Positions 26,481 through 37,314 of a DNA stretch of 64,000 nucleotides are shown piece after piece. Numbering within the stretch: position 1 is the stretch's first letter; every line of letters starts with the position of its first letter. Origin of the DNA: Rickettsiales bacterium (GTDB taxonomy: Bacteria > Pseudomonadota > Alphaproteobacteria > Methylaequorales > Methylaequoraceae). The stretch spans positions 15,678 through 79,677 of the forward strand of contig NZHE01000026.1 of NCBI GenBank assembly GCA_002691145.1, given 5' to 3'. Below the pieces are notes generated by a model that was given only the letters and a program-made list of their open reading frames with translations, did no database searches and had not been told where the DNA came from. The position numbers and the translations under genes are program-made.

Positions 26481-29400
26481 TTTATTTCAGACATTAAAAT
26501 TAAAAAGTTTTTAATTTCTCTAAATTTTTTTTCACTTTCTTTATATCTACTTAAATAAACTAGTTTATTATCTGGTCGTAACTTTAAGGTTTTGTTATTT
26601 TTCTTTACTAATTCTAAAAGGTTATTGATACCACTAAATTTATTATTTTTAAATGAAATTATGAAACCTTTTGAACCTGATGTAATTTTACTTACATTGA
26701 CTAATTTACTTAAATATTTTATTTCCACAACTTTAGTTAAATTAATTAATTCATTTGGAACTGTGCCATATCTGTCATCTAATTCACCTAAAATTTCTTT
26801 AATCTTTTCAAGACTATTAATTCTGGATATTCTTCTGTAAAAACTTAAGCGAGTTTGCAAATCTTTAATATAACTTTCTGGAATAAATACTGGAAAACCC
26901 AAATTAATTTGAGGTGACCAATCATCATCAATATTTTTATTATTTTGTATTTCACTAATAGTATCTTTTATAAGTTTTTGATAAAGCTCGATGCCAATTT
27001 CTTTTATATGACCAGACTGTTCTTCTCCAATTAAATTACCAGAGCCCCTTATATCAAGATCGTGACTTGCAATTGTAAAACCTGCTCCCAAACGATCGAG
27101 TTTTGAAATTACTTCTATTCGTTTTACTGCATTATTAGTGATTAATTGTCCTTCTGGTAGTATTAGGTATGCAAAAGCTTGTTTAGAAGATCTTCCCACC
27201 CTACCTCGAAGCTGATATAATTGGGACAATCCAAAATAATTTGGTTTTTCAATAATAATTGTGTTTACATTAGTTACATCTAATCCTGATTCAATTATCG
27301 ATGTCGATATTAAAATATCAATCTTTTTCTCATAGAATCTTTTATAAACATTATTTAAAACATTACCATTTAACTTGCCATGAGCAATTTCAAGGCTGTT
27401 GTTCGGAAAAATCTTTTTTAAATTTAAGTAAATGATATTCAAATCTTTAATTTTTGGTGCAACATAAAAAATCTGTCCTTCTCTCTGTAATTCATTTTCA
27501 ATAGCATTTTTGATGGTAGTTTTATTATATGAGGTTACATACGTTTTAATTGGCAATCTATCCACTGGCGGGGTCCTTATCATACTTAAGTCCCTAATTC
27601 CTAACAAAGAGGATTGTAACGTTCTCGGAATTGGAGTTGCAGATAATGTTAAAATATGCACATTAGATTTCAATTTTTTTAACTTTTCTTTTTGCTCAAC
27701 TCCAAAACTTTGTTCTTCATCTATGATTAAAAGTCCTAGTTTATTGAAAATAAAAGATTCACTGAGAATAGCGTGGGTCCCAATCAAAACTTTTAAGGTA
27801 TTATCTTTTAAAAAATCACTTATTTCTTTTTTTTCTTTTAAGCTTTCAAATCTACTAAATTTTTTAATTGAGATATTTAAAGCCTCAAATCTATTCTTAA
27901 AATTATTGTAATGTTGATTAACCAATAAAGTTGTGGGGCACAAAAAAGCTACTTGCTGTCCATCAGATGCGACCATAAAAGCAGCTCTCATTGCAATTTC
28001 AGTTTTTCCAAATCCAACATCTCCACATATAAGTCTATCCATAGGAACTCCTGATGATAAGTCGTTTTCAATATCATTGATAGCTTTAAGTTGATCAGAA
28101 GTTTCAATATAATTAAATTTTTCGGAAAATTTTACATAATTATCGTTGTTAGGAATTATAATTTGGCCTGTCTTTAATTTTCTCTCAGCAGCCACTTTTA
28201 TTAAATCAAAAGCTATATCTTTAAGCTTTTTTTTTATTAAAGCTTTTCGTAGTTGCCAGTTCTGAGAACCAAGTTTATCAAGGCTAACAATTGAATCTTT
28301 GCTTCCAAATCTTGAAATAAGTTCTAAATTTTCCACAGGTAATAATAAAATATCTTTATTATAATACTCAATTTCTACACATTCATGGATTGCTTCGTAT
28401 AATTGAATATTTTTTAAACCTTTAAATCTTCCAATCCCGTGTTCTGAATGAACTATAATTTCGTCTTCAATGAGATTCGAGATTTCTTCGATCAAATTTT
28501 CAGGATTAATATTTGGTCTCGATTTAGTGAAAACTTTTTTTTCAAAAAGGCTTGATTCCGTAAAAACAAGTATATTTTTATTTTTATTTTTTATAATTTC
28601 AAAACTATTAGAAATATCTATTTTTAAAAAAAAAATGTTATTCTTCTCATAAAGAATCTTTTTATTTTTATCAAGATCAACCAAATTTTTGTTAAAATCT
28701 TTAAGGATATGCATTAATTTTTTTTTGGTTGCGTCACTTTTTAAAGTAAAAAGAAAGTCAAATAGACTTAGATTATTTTTTACATATTGTAAAAATTTAT
28801 TCTTATTTTTTTCACTATTTAACTTGTATGATAAATTTATGGGTTTCGAAAAGTGCTTAACTTTTTTTTGATGATTAAAGTTTATAACATGAGAATAGTT
28901 AATCATATCTTTTGAAATACCCTTAATTATCTCTTCAGGCGAAGCAATATACCTACAAAATATAGCTTCTGAAAAATTCCCATAATTTAGAAAATCATTC
29001 TTAATGTCATCAAATTTTTTTGATAAATTTTCTTTAAAATTTTCATTAATGATAAATTTATAATCTTTTATACTTGATACTAAACATGAATAATCTTTAT
29101 AAAATAAAGGTAAAAACTTTTCGTATCCTTGAATTTTTATTCCTTGAGAAATTGATTCATAGTATTCATTATCGTCTGCAAGGTTTAAAAGTCTGTAATT
29201 AGTTCTAAAATTTTCAATACTTTCCTCATTAATAAAAATTTCAGAAGATGGGTATATAAATTTTTTAATTATTTTTCTTAAACTTAATTGAGTAATTGGA
29301 TCAAAAATTTTGATTGATTCTATTTTGGATAAGAACAAATCTATTCGTAATGGATAGTTATTGCCTGGAGAATAAATATCTAAAATATCACCTCTAATTG

Positions 29401-29857
29401 CATATTCACCATATCCTCTTACAGTTTCCACTCTATTATAAGAATTTTTAATTAAAAAATCTTCCACCACAGATACGTCAATACCAATTTGAATTTCTAA
29501 GTAATTATTATTTAGTAATTTTAAGGGTAATACTTTAGTTAAAATAGCTTTAAAAGTTGTTAGTAAAACTATTTTTGGATGTTTAAAATTAGTAATATTC
29601 ATTAAGGAAGTTATCCTCAGATTTTTGTTAAAATCAGTTGGAGGAATATTAGAAAATAGTGGCGAATCAATTTCAGGAAATAAATATATACAATTTATTT
29701 TAAATATATTCTCACAAATTGATTTAAGTTTTAAAATCTCTGTATTGGAAGTGCCGATATAAACAAGCTTATTTTCATTTTCAGATAAATTGCTCAAAAA
29801 CCAAGGTAAAGAATCTTTGACAAGATAATAATTTTCGTCATTTAAATTGTTAGACAT
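26477..29857 (-). CDS. mfd: Transcription-repair coupling factor
   Basis: HSEHGIGRF, MDRLICGDVGFGKTE, DEEQ, QLRGRVGRS and TRCF C-terminus. Confidence 0.97.
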   Translation of the reverse strand: MSNNLNDENYYLVKDSLPWFLSNLSENENKLVYIGTSNTEILKLKSICENIFKINCIYLFPEIDSPLFSNIPPTDFNKNLRITSLMNITNFKHPKIVLLTTFKAILTKVLPLKLLNNNYLEIQIGIDVSVVEDFLIKNSYNRVETVRGYGEYAIRGDILDIYSPGNNYPLRIDLFLSKIESIKIFDPITQLSLRKIIKKFIYPSSEIFINEESIENFRTNYRLLNLADDNEYYESISQGIKIQGYEKFLPLFYKDYSCLVSSIKDYKFIINENFKENLSKKFDDIKNDFLNYGNFSEAIFCRYIASPEEIIKGISKDMINYSHVINFNHQKKVKHFSKPINLSYKLNSEKNKNKFLQYVKNNLSLFDFLFTLKSDATKKKLMHILKDFNKNLVDLDKNKKILYEKNNIFFLKIDISNSFEIIKNKNKNILVFTESSLFEKKVFTKSRPNINPENLIEEISNLIEDEIIVHSEHGIGRFKGLKNIQLYEAIHECVEIEYYNKDILLLPVENLELISRFGSKDSIVSLDKLGSQNWQLRKALIKKKLKDIAFDLIKVAAERKLKTGQIIIPNNDNYVKFSEKFNYIETSDQLKAINDIENDLSSGVPMDRLICGDVGFGKTEIAMRAAFMVASDGQQVAFLCPTTLLVNQHYNNFKNRFEALNISIKKFSRFESLKEKKEISDFLKDNTLKVLIGTHAILSESFIFNKLGLLIIDEEQSFGVEQKEKLKKLKSNVHILTLSATPIPRTLQSSLLGIRDLSMIRTPPVDRLPIKTYVTSYNKTTIKNAIENELQREGQIFYVAPKIKDLNIIYLNLKKIFPNNSLEIAHGKLNGNVLNNVYKRFYEKKIDILISTSIIESGLDVTNVNTIIIEKPNYFGLSQLYQLRGRVGRSSKQAFAYLILPEGQLITNNAVKRIEVISKLDRLGAGFTIASHDLDIRGSGNLIGEEQSGHIKEIGIELYQKLIKDTISEIQNNKNIDDDWSPQINLGFPVFIPESYIKDLQTRLSFYRRISRINSLEKIKEILGELDDRYGTVPNELINLTKVVEIKYLSKLVNVSKITSGSKGFIISFKNNKFSGINNLLELVKKNNKTLKLRPDNKLVYLSRYKESEKKFREIKNFLILMSEIK

Positions 29858-29872
29858 AGTACAATTAACAAT

Positions 29873-30130
29873 TTAATTATTGATGTTTTTTAAACGATTA
29901 AATGTTTTGTTATCAAGATTACTCGGCAATGTTTTTTTTTCTAAAATAAAATCCAATAGCTCCAAATCTGGTATATCTAATAACTCATTAAGTTCATGGA
30001 GATCTTGCTCAGTTAAATTTTCAAAAAATTTTTGAGAGAATTTTTCAAATAACATATCCAATTCTTTTACGCCTCTATACTTTAATCTATAAAGAATTTT
30101 CTTTTTTTTTGTTAAGTTTTTAATATTCAT
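29873..30130 (-). CDS. sdhE: FAD assembly factor SdhE
   Basis: YRGVKELD (RGxxE) motif; typical position between mfd and recG. Confidence 0.9.
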   Translation of the reverse strand: MNIKNLTKKKKILYRLKYRGVKELDMLFEKFSQKFFENLTEQDLHELNELLDIPDLELLDFILEKKTLPSNLDNKTFNRLKNINN

Positions 30131-30179
30131 TTGTTAAATTTAAATATTTTTAATAGTAATCTATAATATAAAGAATAAA

Positions 30180-32264
30180 ATGTATAAAAAAAATAGTCAA
30201 AAATATGAGATTTTTGATGAATTCTCTAGTATCAATAGCAAAAAAAGTCAATTTATAAAGAAAATTGAAGAACTTTTTGGAAAACGGATTATAGATTTAT
30301 TCATGCATTATCCAAAAGAATTTATCAAAAGAAAACTTATCAACGAAAAAGTAACATCTCAGCATATGGTAAGTTACAATTTAGTTTCACTAGATTTAAA
30401 GGTTTTAGAAATAAAGTTTTCATATAACAAAAGAATGCCAACTAAGATTATTACAAGAAATAATTCAGAACAAATTTTTAATATACTTTATTTCAACACT
30501 TCTACAAGAATAATAAATAGTATATATAGTCTTGGTAAAATATATAGGATTACTGGTAATTTACAAGATTTTTTAACGCATTTTCAAATAATTCATCCAG
30601 AAAGTGTTTTAAAAGAAGAAAGTTTTGAAAAATTTGAATCTATTGAGCCTATCTATAACTTGGGAAAAAGCTCAATTAATAAAAAAAAATTTAGAAAATT
30701 GATACTCAATAATCGTAAATTTATAAAATTATTGTCAACTCCAGTTGAGTGGATTGATAAGAATTTGATTAATCAAAATAAATGGTTTGATTTTAAAAAA
30801 TCCTTGTACAGAATACACTTCCCTAATAATGAACAAAGCGAAAAATTCAGGAGAAGACTTGCCTTTGATGAAATATTATCAAATTTTTTAGTAATTTCAA
30901 AATTAAAGAAAAGCAAGGTTAGTAAGAAATATTATAAAATAAATAATTTTGAAAATTCAGAAAAAATAATGAGTAATTTAGACTTTAAGCTAACTAAATG
31001 TCAAAAAAATGCAATTTTTAACATAAGGAATGATTTAAACTCAAAAAGAATGTTTAGATTAATTCAAGGAGATGTTGGATCAGGAAAAACAATTGTATCT
31101 GCCTTGATAACAGCAGACATAATTAACTCTGGATTTCAAGTTGCAATCATGGTTCCAACTGATGTTCTTGCCAATCAACATTTTTATTATTTTAAAAAAC
31201 TGTTTAATAAAATAAACTTAAGCATTTCATTACTGACAGGCAAATTGTCTATCAAAGAGAAAAATAATATATATAATAAATTAGAATTAGGTAAGATCAA
31301 TCTATTAATCGGAACTCAATCACTTTTCAATAAAGATATAATTTTTAATTCTTTGGGATTGATTGTTATTGACGAACAACATAAGTTTGGAGTAAATCAA
31401 AGACTTAATCTCCAAAAAAAAAATCCAAATTCTCATATTTTGATAATGTCAGCAACTCCTATTCCGAGGAGTTTGACATTTGCAATATATGGAGAAATTG
31501 ATGTATCAGTAATAAAAAACAAACCGCCAGGAAGGCAAGAAATTAAAACAATTGTGATTAGTAATGATAAAATTGAAGATTTAATACAGGGGCTAAAAAG
31601 AAAAATTTATAAAAACGAAAAGATTTTTTGGGTTGTTCCTGAAATTGGAAAAGATGAAATAAACCCAAAAAAACAAAATATTATTTCAAGAAGGAGATTT
31701 CTTCAAAAATACTTCGGGCAACAAATGGCTTGTATTCACGGAAAAATGAAAAAAAATGAAATTAATGAAATTATAGAAAAGTTTAGAAATGAAAATATCA
31801 TGATTTTGTTGTCTACCAGTCTTATCGAGGTCGGTATCGACATACCAAAGGCTAGCGCAATTATAATTGAACATGCGGATAAATTTGGTTTAGCACAACT
31901 ACATCAGTTAAGAGGAAGAGTTGGAAGAGGAAAAATAAAATCTGATTGCATTCTTTTACATCACAATGATTTGAGTGATAGAGGTTTACAAAGACTAGTT
32001 GTAATGAAAAATTCTAACGATGGTTTTTTTATAGCTGAGCAAGATTTATTAATAAGAGGTTCGGGAGAAATTTTTGGAATAAAACAAACTGGGCTTCCAA
32101 GTTGGAAATTTTTCAATCCTTACAAGGATATGGATTTTTTAGAGGATGTTAGATTACATAGTAAGAAAATGGCCCCGGATAACTTTACAAACAAAAAGCA
32201 AAAAGATTTTTTAACATCAATATTCTTCCAAAACAAACAAATTGAAAATTATTTTACAGGATAA
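30180..32264 (+). CDS. recG: ATP-dependent DNA helicase RecG
   Basis: QGDVGSGKT, DEQHKFG, SATPIPR and QLHQLRGRVGRG motifs. Confidence 0.96.
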   Translation: MYKKNSQKYEIFDEFSSINSKKSQFIKKIEELFGKRIIDLFMHYPKEFIKRKLINEKVTSQHMVSYNLVSLDLKVLEIKFSYNKRMPTKIITRNNSEQIFNILYFNTSTRIINSIYSLGKIYRITGNLQDFLTHFQIIHPESVLKEESFEKFESIEPIYNLGKSSINKKKFRKLILNNRKFIKLLSTPVEWIDKNLINQNKWFDFKKSLYRIHFPNNEQSEKFRRRLAFDEILSNFLVISKLKKSKVSKKYYKINNFENSEKIMSNLDFKLTKCQKNAIFNIRNDLNSKRMFRLIQGDVGSGKTIVSALITADIINSGFQVAIMVPTDVLANQHFYYFKKLFNKINLSISLLTGKLSIKEKNNIYNKLELGKINLLIGTQSLFNKDIIFNSLGLIVIDEQHKFGVNQRLNLQKKNPNSHILIMSATPIPRSLTFAIYGEIDVSVIKNKPPGRQEIKTIVISNDKIEDLIQGLKRKIYKNEKIFWVVPEIGKDEINPKKQNIISRRRFLQKYFGQQMACIHGKMKKNEINEIIEKFRNENIMILLSTSLIEVGIDIPKASAIIIEHADKFGLAQLHQLRGRVGRGKIKSDCILLHHNDLSDRGLQRLVVMKNSNDGFFIAEQDLLIRGSGEIFGIKQTGLPSWKFFNPYKDMDFLEDVRLHSKKMAPDNFTNKKQKDFLTSIFFQNKQIENYFTG

Positions 32265-32908
32265 GACGGGTTAGGCGGAATAATGCCTGCTGAAACAATA
32301 GTCTTAATTGCATCATCTACTTTTACATCAAGATATTTGAGTTCTTTTTCGGGAACCATTAACAAAAAACCAGATGTTGGATTAGGTGTTGTTGGAACAA
32401 AGACATTTACAAGTTTCTGTCTATTCTTCTTTTTTATATCACCACTACATGGACCAGTTGTAAAACCAATAATCCATAAACCTTTTCGAGGATATTCAAT
32501 CATTACAACTTTTCGAAAAGATTTTGATTGCCTTTCATCTAACACTGTTTCAAGTATTTGTTTTATTGACTTATAAAAAACTTTTATAAATGGGATGTTT
32601 TGGATAACAATTTCTGCTTTTTTAACAATCCATTTGCCAAATATATTAGCGGTAAGAAATCCAATAAGAATCAAAAATGTAATTAGTACTATTAGTCCAA
32701 GACCAGGAACTTCGGTTGGCAAGTAATTATTCGGGTTGAATGTGTTAGGTATAAAAGGGGTAACAATTTTATCAAAAATATTGACTAAGCTTACTACGAT
32801 CCAAACTGTAATTACGACAGGGGCTGTCACTACAATGCCTGTAAAAAAATAACTTCTTATTTTTAAAGCAATAATTTTTATAGGTATATTTTTATCATTA
32901 TTAGTCAT
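32249..32908 (-). CDS. DUF502-family membrane protein
   Basis: IEYPRKG and VFVPTTPNPTSGFL motifs. Confidence 0.92.
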   Translation of the reverse strand: MTNNDKNIPIKIIALKIRSYFFTGIVVTAPVVITVWIVVSLVNIFDKIVTPFIPNTFNPNNYLPTEVPGLGLIVLITFLILIGFLTANIFGKWIVKKAEIVIQNIPFIKVFYKSIKQILETVLDERQSKSFRKVVMIEYPRKGLWIIGFTTGPCSGDIKKKNRQKLVNVFVPTTPNPTSGFLLMVPEKELKYLDVKVDDAIKTIVSAGIIPPNPSYPVK

Positions 32909-32915
32909 AATAATT

Positions 32916-32991
32916 TGGTACGCCGGATGAGGCTCGAACTCATGACAGCTCCCTTAAAAGGGGAGTGCTCTACCAACTGAGCTACCGGCGC
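32916..32991 (-). tRNA. tRNA-Lys(UUU)
   Basis: GCGCCGG-TAGCTCAGTTGGTAGAGCA-CTCCC-CTTTTAA-GGGAG-CTGTC-ATGAG-TTCGAGC-CTCAT-CCGGCGT-ACCA; 76-nt cloverleaf. Confidence 0.93.
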
Positions 32992-33041
32992 ATATTGAAA
33001 GATATAAAAGAGAAATAACAAATTATCAATAAAAAAAAAAG

Positions 33042-33590
33042 TTAATTTTTGGTTCTCATAGAAATAATTTTAGTCGGATTAGATAAAACTTCTCCATTAT
33101 TTCCTTTTCCACCCGGTATTCTGTCAATTAAATGCATTCCCTCAATAACTTTGCCAAATGCAGTATATTGCCCGTCTAAAAATTCATGTTTGTCATAACA
33201 TATGAAAAACTGGCTATCTGCTGAATCAGGTTCTTGTGCACGAGCCATTGAAATAATACCTCTTTCATGTTTTAATTCGTTAAATTCTGCTTTTAAATTT
33301 TTACCGCTGCCTCCTGTTCCATCCCCATTAGGATCCCCTCCTTGAGCCATAAATCCTTTTATGACCCTGTGAAACGTTAGACCGTCGTAAAATCCTTTAT
33401 TTGAAAGCTCTACTATTCTTTTAACAGTATTTGGAGCATATTTGGGGTATGTTTCTATTTTAACAACCCCTGTTTCTAAGATCATAAGAATCAACGGTTT
33501 ATCATTTACGTTAGCAGAAGCATCAGAGCTGAAAATTTTTAAAAAAATAGCAATAGTTGTTAAAAAATTTAAATTCTTAAGATTTTTCAT
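33042..33590 (-). CDS. Cyclophilin-type peptidyl-prolyl isomerase (exported)
   Basis: FHRVIKGFMAQGGD, SMAR, SQFFI and LDGQYTAFG motifs. Confidence 0.95.
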   Translation of the reverse strand: MKNLKNLNFLTTIAIFLKIFSSDASANVNDKPLILMILETGVVKIETYPKYAPNTVKRIVELSNKGFYDGLTFHRVIKGFMAQGGDPNGDGTGGSGKNLKAEFNELKHERGIISMARAQEPDSADSQFFICYDKHEFLDGQYTAFGKVIEGMHLIDRIPGGKGNNGEVLSNPTKIISMRTKN

Positions 33591-34104
33591 GATTTTCCTT
33601 CCTTTTTAATTTTTTATTAAGTTTTCCAATAACATTTTTGGGAACAAATGGTTCAATATTCCCTCTATGAAAAGCAACTTCTTTTACAAATCTAGCTGAA
33701 GTTAATTGTAAATTCTCAGAAGCCATAAGAAAAATCGTTTCAATTTCAGGACATAACTTAGCATTCATTCCTGCCATTTGAAACTCATACTCAAAATCTG
33801 CTACCGCTCTCAAACCTCTGATTATAACTTGAGCATTAGATCTTTTTGCATGTTCAACCAATAAATCATCAAAGCCCACAACTAGAATTTCACAATCTTT
33901 TTTAACTAACTCGGTTAAGGATTCATTAATCATAGAAATTCTCTCTCTTAAGGAAAAAATCGGGGTTTTGTTTTGATTTTTCGCTACACTTATTATCAAT
34001 TTTTCTACTATGTGCGTTGCTCTAGTTACAATATCAAGGTGTCCAAAGGTAAAAGGGTCAAAAGTACCTGGATAAATTCCAATTATTTTTTTTTTACTGC
34101 TCAT
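33577..34104 (-). CDS. coaD: Phosphopantetheine adenylyltransferase
   Basis: [12 protein letters not shown] and [12 protein letters not shown] motifs. Confidence 0.97.
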   Translation of the reverse strand: MSSKKKIIGIYPGTFDPFTFGHLDIVTRATHIVEKLIISVAKNQNKTPIFSLRERISMINESLTELVKKDCEILVVGFDDLLVEHAKRSNAQVIIRGLRAVADFEYEFQMAGMNAKLCPEIETIFLMASENLQLTSARFVKEVAFHRGNIEPFVPKNVIGKLNKKLKRKENHEKS

Positions 34105-36745
34105 TTTCTTCTAATTTAGCAACAGATACAACTTTCTCATTTTCAGATACATTTAATAAAGTAACACCCTGAGTCTGTCTGCCAGCAATTCTTACACCAT
34201 TAACTGGGCAACGTATTAACTTACCCTTATCTGTCACTAACATTAACTGATCAGTATTTTTTATCGGAAATGATGCCACAATCTCTTCGCCATTTCTTGG
34301 AGTAAGTTGCATATTGGCTATCCCCATACCCCCTCTTTTAGTAACTCTATATTCATAAGCTGAACTTCTCTTTCCAAAACCTTTGTCAGTAATGCTTACA
34401 ATGAATTGTTCCTCATCTTTGAAAGATTTCAGTTTTTCTTTATTTAGATTTATAGAAATTTTTTCTTTTTTTCTCTCAGCATTAGAAAATTTCAAGTAAT
34501 TATCCCTTTCAGATGTATCAAAATTAATATTCTTTAAAATAGCAAGAGAAATTACAGAATCCCTATTCTGAAGTCTTATTCCTCTTACCCCGACAGAGGT
34601 CCTTCCTGAAAATAAACGAACATCTTTTCCTAAAAATCTAATACATTTTCCAAGCTTTGTGGAAATAAAAATATGTGATTTTTCTGAACAAGTAATTACG
34701 TTTATTAGTTTATCATCCTCTATCAACTTCATTGCAATTTTTCCATTAGCATTAATATTATGAAAATCAGTAAGTTTATTTCTTCGAATATTTCCCTTTG
34801 CAGTTGCAAATACAATGTTGTTATTATTATCATCAGATACATACGGCATAATAGTGGTTATTTTTTCATCTGATTGTAATGGTAAAAGATTGATTAATGC
34901 TTTTCCTCTGGATTGAGGATTACCTATTGGTAATTTGTAAGCTTTTAACTTATAGACAATACCTCTTGAAGAAAAAAACAAAAGCGCAGATAAAGTATTT
35001 ACTACAAACACCTCATTAACAAAATCTTCCTCTCTAGTTGCCATACCTGCTCTTCCTTTTCCGCCCCTTCGTTGAGATCTATATGTTGATAAAGGCACTC
35101 TTTTGACATAGCCTTTATGTGTAACAGTAACAACTACTTCCTCTGAGGATATAAGGGATTCGTCATCAATATCGTCTTCATGCTCAGATATTTGGGTCAT
35201 TCTTTCACCAGATAATTTTTCTCTAATTGATTTTAATTCATTTATTAAGACATTATTGAGTTTTTCCGAAGATGATAATATTTCTAAATACTCCGTTATT
35301 AAATTATTACATTCATTAAGATCATCCGAGATCTTGTTCCTTTCCAAATTTGTAAGTTTGCTCAGTCTAATTTCAAGAATAGATTTTGCTTGTCTTTCAG
35401 AAAGCATATACTTGTCATCAATGACTGGATGTTCAGGATCATTAATTATTTTTATTAAATCCTTGACCTCTGCAACCGACCATTTTTTTTCTAATAATTT
35501 ATTTTTTGCTTCATTTGTATCTTGAGAATTTTTTATTAATTCAATCATTTCATCAATATTTTCTAAAGCAATTGATAGACCACATAAAATATGAGCCCTT
35601 TCTCTTGTTTTATCTAAGTGAAATTTAGTTCTTTTAAAAATTAAATCTTTTCTGAACTCAATAAAGTATTTAATTGCTTTTTTTAGAGTTAAAATTTGGG
35701 GTATCCCATTATGAAGTGCTAACATATTTATCCCAAAAGATGTTTGCAAAGATGTATACCTATACAGTTGATTAATGATTACTTCAGATTGAATATCTTT
35801 TTTTAGGTCAATGACTATTCTTACCCCTTCTCTGTTGGACTCATCTCTTAACTCGGAGATACCTTCAATCGTCTTTTCTCTTGCTACCTTTGCAATACTT
35901 TCAATTAATTGAGATTTTTTTATTGAAAAAGGGATCTCGGTGATGACTATAGAATCTCTTGATTTTTTATTATTTTCAATGTTAAGCTTGCCTCTGATAA
36001 GAATTGAGCCTTTTCCAGTTAAATAAGCTTGCCTCAAACCACTTTTTCCCATAATAATTCCTCCTGTAGGAAAGTCAGGACCTTTTATAATTTCAAATAA
36101 CTCATCATCTTTTATTTCTGGATTAAGAACAAATTTACAGCATGCAGAAATAATTTCATTTGGACAATGAGGTGGAATCTTTGTTGCCATCCCAACAGCT
36201 ATGCCCTCAGAGCCGTTAATTAATAAATTAGGAAACTCAGCTGGTAAAAGTTCAGGTTCTTTAGCAGTTCCATCATAATTATCTTTAAAAGCCACAGTAT
36301 TAAAATTTATATCATTCGTTAAAAAGGAAGCTACTTCAGATAGCTTTGCCTCTGTATACCTCATTGCAGCAGCAGAATCCCCATCCATTGAACCGAAGTT
36401 ACCTTGCCCCTTAATTAAGGGCACACGCATATTAAATTCCTGAGCCAATCTCACCATTGCATCATAAATTGCTGAGTCCCCATGCGGATGATACTTACCC
36501 ATTACATCACCAACAATTCTTGCAGATTTTCTTGTTGGTTTATTAAACACATAACCAGCCTCGTTCATTGCGTATATAATTCTTCTATGAACAGGCTTCA
36601 AACCATCGCATACATCAGGAAGTGCTCTAGATACAATTACACTCATTGCATAATCGAGAAACGAACTCTTCATTTCTTTTTCAATATTAATAGTTTTAAT
36701 ATTTTTTGATTGTTCTAAATTTTCTGGTGAGCTGTCGTCAATCAT
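34094..36745 (-). CDS. gyrA: DNA gyrase subunit A
   Basis: [14 protein letters not shown] and the GyrA-box QRRGGKG. Confidence 0.98.
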   Translation of the reverse strand: MIDDSSPENLEQSKNIKTINIEKEMKSSFLDYAMSVIVSRALPDVCDGLKPVHRRIIYAMNEAGYVFNKPTRKSARIVGDVMGKYHPHGDSAIYDAMVRLAQEFNMRVPLIKGQGNFGSMDGDSAAAMRYTEAKLSEVASFLTNDINFNTVAFKDNYDGTAKEPELLPAEFPNLLINGSEGIAVGMATKIPPHCPNEIISACCKFVLNPEIKDDELFEIIKGPDFPTGGIIMGKSGLRQAYLTGKGSILIRGKLNIENNKKSRDSIVITEIPFSIKKSQLIESIAKVAREKTIEGISELRDESNREGVRIVIDLKKDIQSEVIINQLYRYTSLQTSFGINMLALHNGIPQILTLKKAIKYFIEFRKDLIFKRTKFHLDKTRERAHILCGLSIALENIDEMIELIKNSQDTNEAKNKLLEKKWSVAEVKDLIKIINDPEHPVIDDKYMLSERQAKSILEIRLSKLTNLERNKISDDLNECNNLITEYLEILSSSEKLNNVLINELKSIREKLSGERMTQISEHEDDIDDESLISSEEVVVTVTHKGYVKRVPLSTYRSQRRGGKGRAGMATREEDFVNEVFVVNTLSALLFFSSRGIVYKLKAYKLPIGNPQSRGKALINLLPLQSDEKITTIMPYVSDDNNNNIVFATAKGNIRRNKLTDFHNINANGKIAMKLIEDDKLINVITCSEKSHIFISTKLGKCIRFLGKDVRLFSGRTSVGVRGIRLQNRDSVISLAILKNINFDTSERDNYLKFSNAERKKEKISINLNKEKLKSFKDEEQFIVSITDKGFGKRSSAYEYRVTKRGGMGIANMQLTPRNGEEIVASFPIKNTDQLMLVTDKGKLIRCPVNGVRIAGRQTQGVTLLNVSENEKVVSVAKLEENEQ

Positions 36746-36757
36746 TTACACAAACAA

Positions 36758-37231
36758 TTAAAAAGGAATTTCATCTTCTATTTCCAAGTTTCTTGATTCA
36801 GGATTGTCTGTATTTTTGTTTGTAGCTCCAACTTTATTATTATCAGAAAAAGATGAATTAATAATTTCGTTATTTTCTGACCTATTATCAAGCATCGTTA
36901 AAGTTGAGTTGAAGTTTTGCAAAACGATTTCAGTAGTGTATTTTTCAACGCCTGCCTGATCGGTAAATTTTCTTGTTTGAATTTGGCCCTCGAGATAAAC
37001 TTTTGAACCTTTTTTAAGATATTTTTCTGCAATTTCTGCTAAACCATTAGAAAAGATTACCACCCTATGCCATTCTGTTTTCTCTTTTCTTTCATTTGTA
37101 GATTTATCTTTCCAACTATCTGAAGTAGCAAGAGATAATCTTACAATTTTATTTCCATCCTGAGAAAGTCTTACTTCTGGATCATTTCCAAGTCTTCCTA
37201 TCAAAATTGCTTTATTTACAGAGCTCGCCAT
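36758..37231 (-). CDS. ssb: Single-stranded DNA-binding protein
   Basis: [19 protein letters not shown] and C-terminal DEIPF. Confidence 0.98.
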   Translation of the reverse strand: MASSVNKAILIGRLGNDPEVRLSQDGNKIVRLSLATSDSWKDKSTNERKEKTEWHRVVIFSNGLAEIAEKYLKKGSKVYLEGQIQTRKFTDQAGVEKYTTEIVLQNFNSTLTMLDNRSENNEIINSSFSDNNKVGATNKNTDNPESRNLEIEDEIPF

Positions 37232-37314
37232 TATATTTTCAATAAAAATGAATAGTATATTAAATCATATTTACAATATCAATAACATACTTTAATTTGA
37301 TTCTTCATAGAAAA

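Noticed and set aside
37232-37314. LexA box between ssb and uvrA
   Set aside because: No GTTC-N7-GTTC or GAAC-N7-GAAC motif is visible.
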